Of a DNA stretch of 64,000 bases, positions 59,237 through 64,000 are shown one piece after another. The stretch is from Fibrobacteria bacterium (GTDB lineage Bacteria; Fibrobacterota; Fibrobacteria; UBA11236). Numbering within the stretch: position 1 is the first letter of the stretch; each line of letters begins with the position of its first letter. A program made the translations under genes and the position numbers. A model generated the notes under the pieces. It saw only the letters and a list, made by a program, of their open reading frames with translations. It did no database searches and was not told the DNA's origin. The stretch lies in the NCBI GenBank assembly GCA_043745805.1, contig JAYTSD010000038.1, forward strand, positions 1 through 64,000. The letters run 5' to 3'.

Positions 59237-60111
59237 TAGTTTCCTATTCCATATACAGTCGCGGTAAGCGCTGTTTCCGTGTTTATTCGATTACATAAAT
59301 GTTCTAAAAAATCGTTTTCAATGGGCGTACAAAAAACCTCTGAAGGTTGTCGCGCCAAAGTATAAAGTTGTACTTCCCGAATTTTAGCGCCACTAGCGTG
59401 AATGCGATTTAAGCGTTGTAAATAGGCTTGAATTTCTTTTTCATGCGGAGTCATTCCTTCTAAGCGACAAAAAAAAGATTGCATCACAAAGGGAAAATTT
59501 TGACCTAAGACAATTAAATTCTGTTCAATTTGATCTAAAGAAATTTTAGAGACATTAATTTTCTGAAACCATTCTTCTGTTCCCGCATCGAGCTTGGCCC
59601 AGATTTCTCCGCGATGAGATAAGAGATGTTTAATTCCAGCTAAAACTTTTGGCCGATTAAGCAAGGTTGCATTGGTGATGAGTAAAAGTTGAAAATCTTT
59701 TTTATGATGTTGGTTCTGAAATTTTTCCAATAAAGCACATACGGCTTCGAATTCAGGGACCATGGTGGGTTCACCATCTCCGCTAATGGCGATGTCTTTT
59801 AATATTTTTTGTTTAGCGGGAATATCGGCAAATTTTTCTAAACCCGAAGCACCTTTTTCATCGAGTGTAGCGAAAAAAGATTGTAATTCCTGTTCAATTT
59901 CGTGCACGTCGATATTTTGTTTAAGTTTGTCACCCGTTCTATTCACTTGGCAGTAAGGGCAATCAAAATTGCAGGCTTTATCTAAGTTGAGATTAATGCC
60001 TAAAGACAAGCCTTGCGAGCGACGGGAAATGACCGGATAAATGTATTTGTAGTTTGCATAAATACGGGGATGATGAGATTGAGCATTATGCAAAGATTCA
60101 GATGACGACAT
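59236..60111 (-). CDS. Radical SAM protein (COG0731-like), function unknown
   Basis: YPVISRRS.GLSLGINL, CNFDCPYC, SGDGEPT, LITNAT, KLDAG. Confidence 0.85.
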   Translation of the reverse strand: MSSSESLHNAQSHHPRIYANYKYIYPVISRRSQGLSLGINLNLDKACNFDCPYCQVNRTGDKLKQNIDVHEIEQELQSFFATLDEKGASGLEKFADIPAKQKILKDIAISGDGEPTMVPEFEAVCALLEKFQNQHHKKDFQLLLITNATLLNRPKVLAGIKHLLSHRGEIWAKLDAGTEEWFQKINVSKISLDQIEQNLIVLGQNFPFVMQSFFCRLEGMTPHEKEIQAYLQRLNRIHASGAKIREVQLYTLARQPSEVFCTPIENDFLEHLCNRINTETALTATVYGIGN

Positions 60112-60164
60112 TGTAGAGTAAAATATATTAGAATTCCTAAGAAACAGTTTAGTTGGAATTAATT

Positions 60165-61289
60165 ATGTCTAAAGTTAAGCCAAAGGTAAATTCTAAAAGC
60201 GAGGAAAAATGGTCGAAGCGTGATCGTCATTTTATGTCCTTGGCATTTGCCGAAGCCCAAAAAGCCCGAGGTAAAACTTTACCCAACCCTGCTGTGGGCG
60301 CTGTGCTAGTGCAAAAGGGTAAAATTATTGGCCGTGGATTTACCCAACCCTCTGGTCAAGCGCATGCGGAAATTATGGCTTTGAGGGATGCTGGACCTAA
60401 AGCAAAAGGGGCAATACTATTTGTGACTTTGGAGCCTTGTAGTCATTTCGGACGGACTCCGCCTTGTGCAAATGCCATTATCGCCGCAGGAATTAGTGAA
60501 GTGGTAGTAGCTATTCGTGATCCCAATCCTAAAGTAGGCGGACAAGGTTTACGAAATTTGCGAGCGGCAGGAATTAAGGTTCGACTCGGCTTAATGGAGG
60601 AGTATGCGGCGATTTGGTATGCTCCATTTTTCTTTTATATCAAGCATGGACGTCCGCAAATTATATTGAAAATTGCGCAAAGTTTGGATGGTAACATTAA
60701 TGCTAACCCTGGCCAAGAGACGGCTATTACAGGTTTAGAAGCCCAGCTCTTTACCCATGAATTACGAACTAATGTGGATGCCGTGCTCATTGGGGGGAAA
60801 ACTTTTCGCGTGGATAATCCCCAGCTTACGCCGCGTTTGGTAAAAGGACCCGTACCTGATGCGTTGATATTAAGTCGAGGAGACCATAAGGATGCTTGGC
60901 CCATTACGCATTATTTGCTAGCCGGAAAACGCGAAGGCCGAACGGTATTACTTACTCCCGCATTAAAAAACACACCTCAGCATGCGATTCATGAAGTGAT
61001 TCCACTAAAAGCTTCCGCGCAAATATTGATGCAAGCATTGGAAACGATTTTTCAAAGCCGAGGTTATCACTCCATTTTGATTGAGGGTGGAGCTGAAATA
61101 TGGAATTTATTTTTGCAAACCGGACATTGGGATGATTTGTATTTATTAACTGCACCCAAGTTTTTACCGAATGGTCAATGCTGGCATGACAAGTTGGCAG
61201 TTGACATTGGAAAGCATTGGGTTTTTGATAAGTTTGTTCCCGTAGGGCAAGATATTTTGCTAAAAATTAAAAATACCAGAAAGCATTAA
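60165..61289 (+). CDS. ribD: Riboflavin biosynthesis deaminase/reductase
   Basis: PNPAVGA, HAE, TLEPCSH.GRTPPC, DPNP, SLDG, DNP.LT.R, IEGG. Confidence 0.95.
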   Translation: MSKVKPKVNSKSEEKWSKRDRHFMSLAFAEAQKARGKTLPNPAVGAVLVQKGKIIGRGFTQPSGQAHAEIMALRDAGPKAKGAILFVTLEPCSHFGRTPPCANAIIAAGISEVVVAIRDPNPKVGGQGLRNLRAAGIKVRLGLMEEYAAIWYAPFFFYIKHGRPQIILKIAQSLDGNINANPGQETAITGLEAQLFTHELRTNVDAVLIGGKTFRVDNPQLTPRLVKGPVPDALILSRGDHKDAWPITHYLLAGKREGRTVLLTPALKNTPQHAIHEVIPLKASAQILMQALETIFQSRGYHSILIEGGAEIWNLFLQTGHWDDLYLLTAPKFLPNGQCWHDKLAVDIGKHWVFDKFVPVGQDILLKIKNTRKH

Positions 61290-61291
61290 TT

Positions 61292-61966
61292 ATGTTCACG
61301 GGCATTATTCAAGAAATAGGCGAAGTCCTGCAAATTCAAGCAGGAGCGGATGCTAAAACCTTTACACTAAAGGCTCCTAAGAGTCGCCCGCTTTTAAAAA
61401 TTGGGGATAGTATTGCTTGCAATGGGGTGTGTTTAACTGCTACACAAATTACCGCGAATGGATTTACGGCTACTGCCGTTGCGGAGACTTTAGCTAAAAC
61501 GAATTTAGGGCAATGGAAAAATGGAATTTCAATTAACCTCGAGTTAGCGGCAACACCACAAACCCCACTAGGCGGCCATTATGTTATGGGTCATATTGAT
61601 GGGGTAGTCGAGGTGTTACGTTGGAGAGAAATGGGTGGCGCAGGTGGTGGTAAAGAATTAACGGTAGGACTTCCCAAACCATTTGCCAAATATTGCGTGG
61701 CCAAAGGCTCATTCGGATTGAATGGTGTAAGCCTTACTATTGCAAAAATTGAAAATACGGAATTGACTTTTGCTTTGATTCCGCATACTCTGGAGCAAAC
61801 CAATTTAGGCAAGGCTCTTCTCGGAGACACTTTTAATTTTGAAGTGGATATACTGGGAAAATATGTAGAGAAATTATTGCGATCTTCGCAAGAGGACGAT
61901 TCACAAAGAAATAATGAAAAATCGATACAAAAATCACAAATAGAAAAGTGGGGCTATGGGTTTTAA
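61292..61966 (+). CDS. ribE: Riboflavin synthase
   Basis: MFTGII, GDSIACNGVCLT, GGH.V.GHID, KGS..LNGVSLT, IPHT, EVDILGKYV. Confidence 0.96.
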   Translation: MFTGIIQEIGEVLQIQAGADAKTFTLKAPKSRPLLKIGDSIACNGVCLTATQITANGFTATAVAETLAKTNLGQWKNGISINLELAATPQTPLGGHYVMGHIDGVVEVLRWREMGGAGGGKELTVGLPKPFAKYCVAKGSFGLNGVSLTIAKIENTELTFALIPHTLEQTNLGKALLGDTFNFEVDILGKYVEKLLRSSQEDDSQRNNEKSIQKSQIEKWGYGF

Positions 61967-63128
61967 TAAAATACCAGAAGCAATTGCGGATATTAAAAAA
62001 GGCAAACTCATACTTGTCGTCGATGATAAAAGTCGCGAAAATGAAGGCGATATTGTTTTTGCCGCCAGTAAATCAACTCCTGCAAAAATCAATTTTTTGG
62101 CAAAGTATGCCCGTGGTTTGATTTGCGTGGCGATGTCCGCGGAACGAGTTGATGCCCTTAAACTCGCGCCCATGGTAGAAAATAATTCCAGTGTGCATGA
62201 AACGGCATTTACGGTTTCCGTAGAAGCTAAAACTGGAACCACGACGGGCATATCGGCATCCGATCGCAGTCTCACTGCGAAATTATTAGCGGATGAAAAA
62301 TCCGGTCCCCAGGATTTTGTAAGTCCCGGCCATGTTTTTCCTTTGAAGGCTAAAAGGGGAGGTGTGCTCGTGAGAGCCGGTCATACCGAAGCTGCCGTGG
62401 ATTTAGTGGCGATGGCAGGATTGGGTTCCGCGGGCGTAATATGCGAAGTCATGAATGAAAATGGCACTATGGCGCGCTTGCGCGATAATATGCTTTTTGC
62501 CAAAAAACATGGGCTTAAAATCATTTCCGTAGAAGATTTGATTTCTTATCGGCGTTTACAAGAAAAATTAATTAAACCTCTTTGTTCTCCGCTTATGCCT
62601 ACCAAACATGGGAACTTTCAATCCTTTGTGTATGAGGATTTAATTCATGGTAGACGACATATTGCTTTGGTGCGTGGTGCGATTCGGGCGGACAAACCCG
62701 TGCTGGTGCGTGTACATTCGGAATGTGTAATGGGTGACGTTTTTGCTTCTCAGCGCTGTGATTGCGGAATGCTTTTGCAACAAGGGATGGAAGCCGTAGC
62801 GCGTCAGGGTGGCGTATTGCTTTATATGCGGCAACTTGATCCCGAAGCCAATTTTTTGCAGAAGATGGAAGGTTATGTTGAAGAAGACAAACGCACAAAA
62901 GCTAATGCTAAGCTAGGTGAAAATACTTCTAAGCAACATCACCCTAGTCTTATGGATTCGCGTACCTATGGCATTGGAGCCCAAATTTTATTTGATTTAG
63001 GCGTGCGTCAATTACACCTTTTGACCAATAATCCCAAACGCATTCAAGGTTTGGAAGGGTATGGTTTAAAAATCATTAATCAAATTCCGCTTGGTCGGGA
63101 AGTAAAATCACGCAAAAAGGTGACCTAA
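61956..63128 (+). CDS. ribBA: DHBP synthase fused to a partly degenerate GTP cyclohydrolase II domain
   Basis: RENEGD, GLIC, TAFTVS, GISA.DR, PGH.FPL, RAGHTEA intact; GCH II keeps RVHSEC..CDC but lacks QEGRGIG. Confidence 0.9.
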   Translation: MGFNKIPEAIADIKKGKLILVVDDKSRENEGDIVFAASKSTPAKINFLAKYARGLICVAMSAERVDALKLAPMVENNSSVHETAFTVSVEAKTGTTTGISASDRSLTAKLLADEKSGPQDFVSPGHVFPLKAKRGGVLVRAGHTEAAVDLVAMAGLGSAGVICEVMNENGTMARLRDNMLFAKKHGLKIISVEDLISYRRLQEKLIKPLCSPLMPTKHGNFQSFVYEDLIHGRRHIALVRGAIRADKPVLVRVHSECVMGDVFASQRCDCGMLLQQGMEAVARQGGVLLYMRQLDPEANFLQKMEGYVEEDKRTKANAKLGENTSKQHHPSLMDSRTYGIGAQILFDLGVRQLHLLTNNPKRIQGLEGYGLKIINQIPLGREVKSRKKVT

Positions 63129-63209
63129 AAAAAGCTTAATTGCCGGAATATTGCTAAATTCGTTCCTCCTTTTTAAAACTGGAATAAATCCAGGAAAGCA
63201 GGAGATTTT

Positions 63210-63674
63210 ATGGCCATCATTGAAGGTAAATTGTCGGCGCAAAACTTAAAGGCAGCAATTATTGTTTCCCGATTTAACGCATTAGTTACCAAAGAATTAT
63301 TAGCAGGTGCCCTCGACTGTTTTGTGCGCCATGGTGGCGTGGAAAAAGATTTAACCATCATCTGGGTTCCAGGTGCTTTTGAAATAGCGCAGGTCGCGCA
63401 AAAAATAGTGAAAATCGGTAAAGTAAATGCGGTCATTACTTTGGGCGCAGTTATTCGTGGAAGTACACCGCACTTTGATCAAGTGGCAAACGCAGTAACC
63501 AAAGGTGTGGCGGACATTGCCCTGCATGCTTCTATCCCCGTAGTATTTGGTGTATTAACTACGGATAATTTAGAACAAGCTTTAGAGAGAGCCGGTTCCA
63601 AGGCTGGTAATAAAGGCTGGGATGCAATGCTCACAGCAATTGAAATGGCGGACTTATTGGATAAATTGAAATGA
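63210..63674 (+). CDS. ribH: Lumazine synthase
   Basis: SRFN, VPGAFE, GAVIRG.TPHF, FGVLTT, QA.ERAG.KAGNKG. Confidence 0.97.
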   Translation: MAIIEGKLSAQNLKAAIIVSRFNALVTKELLAGALDCFVRHGGVEKDLTIIWVPGAFEIAQVAQKIVKIGKVNAVITLGAVIRGSTPHFDQVANAVTKGVADIALHASIPVVFGVLTTDNLEQALERAGSKAGNKGWDAMLTAIEMADLLDKLK

Positions 63675-64000
63675 ATTCACGTAGAAAAGGGCGTGAATAT
63701 GGAATGCAATTACTCTATGCCATGGAAGTAGGTAATCAAAGTTTTGGAGCAGCCTCCTCAGCGGTTCCAGGCGATGAAGAGTTTAGTGAAGAGGCTAAAC
63801 AATATGGCGCTTTATTAGCCGAAAAAGTTATGTCACAAATGGAAGATATTGATGCGCGCATTAAAGAAGCTTCCAGTAATTGGGAAATGGAAAGAATCGC
63901 CGTAGTGGATAAAATTATTATCCGTTGCAGCGTAGCGGAAATGCTCTATTTCAAAGATATCCCTGTGCGTGTAAGTATTAATGAAGCTATTGACATCGCC
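63671..64000 (+). CDS. nusB: Transcription antitermination factor NusB (partial, runs off the window)
   Basis: [17 protein letters not shown]...[16 protein letters not shown]...[18 protein letters not shown] overlap with ribH. Confidence 0.93.
   Translation, partial: MNSRRKGREYGMQLLYAMEVGNQSFGAASSAVPGDEEFSEEAKQYGALLAEKVMSQMEDIDARIKEASSNWEMERIAVVDKIIIRCSVAEMLYFKDIPVRVSINEAIDIA

Noticed and set aside
60112-60164. FMN riboswitch upstream of ribD
   Set aside because: The gap is only about 50 nt of AT-rich DNA with no RFN conserved sequence.
345-63436. Many short tracked ORFs antisense to or nested in long genes (e.g. 9880-10383, 33301-33738, 37220-37540, 38361-38555)
   Set aside because: They shadow well-supported genes and have no recognisable motifs.
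1-64000. CRISPR arrays, rRNA/tRNA genes, IS elements, prophage, defence systems
   Set aside because: No regularly spaced repeats, tRNA cloverleafs, transposase, integrase or phage-like proteins were recognised; intergenic gaps are short and accounted for.

Overview
AT-rich chromosomal window from a diderm bacterium (FCB-group/Fibrobacterota-like by gene style; inference only). I found no rRNA, tRNA, CRISPR array, transposase or prophage. The first ~16.8 kb looks like a phosphate-starvation island. It contains a minus-strand operon (putative six-hairpin glycosidase, PHP-domain/GT4 glycosyltransferase fusion, PlsC/OlsA-type acyltransferase) divergent from a MORN-repeat protein and an OlsB-like N-acyltransferase. 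These are followed by a phosphate-porin-like gene, pstSCAB-phoU and a convergent ppk1 preceded by an acidic microprotein. Its promoters share 11-bp-phased TG(A/T)AA(C/T)-like repeats resembling Pho boxes. The rest is mostly housekeeping: ispH, rpmB, a five-gene two-component cluster, rpsF-rpsR-rplI-dapB, leuA with a Leu-codon attenuator, a histone-H1-tail/XRE-HTH fusion, thiL, a double-MshEN PilB/GspE ATPase, an ALDH-GS-FeADH gamma-glutamylation operon, recCBD, rsmE and ribD-ribE-ribBA-ribH-nusB. The best candidate for an undescribed system is the Pho-linked phosphorus-free lipid remodelling module built around the PHP-GT4 fusion. All calls come from motif recognition by eye; no searches were run.
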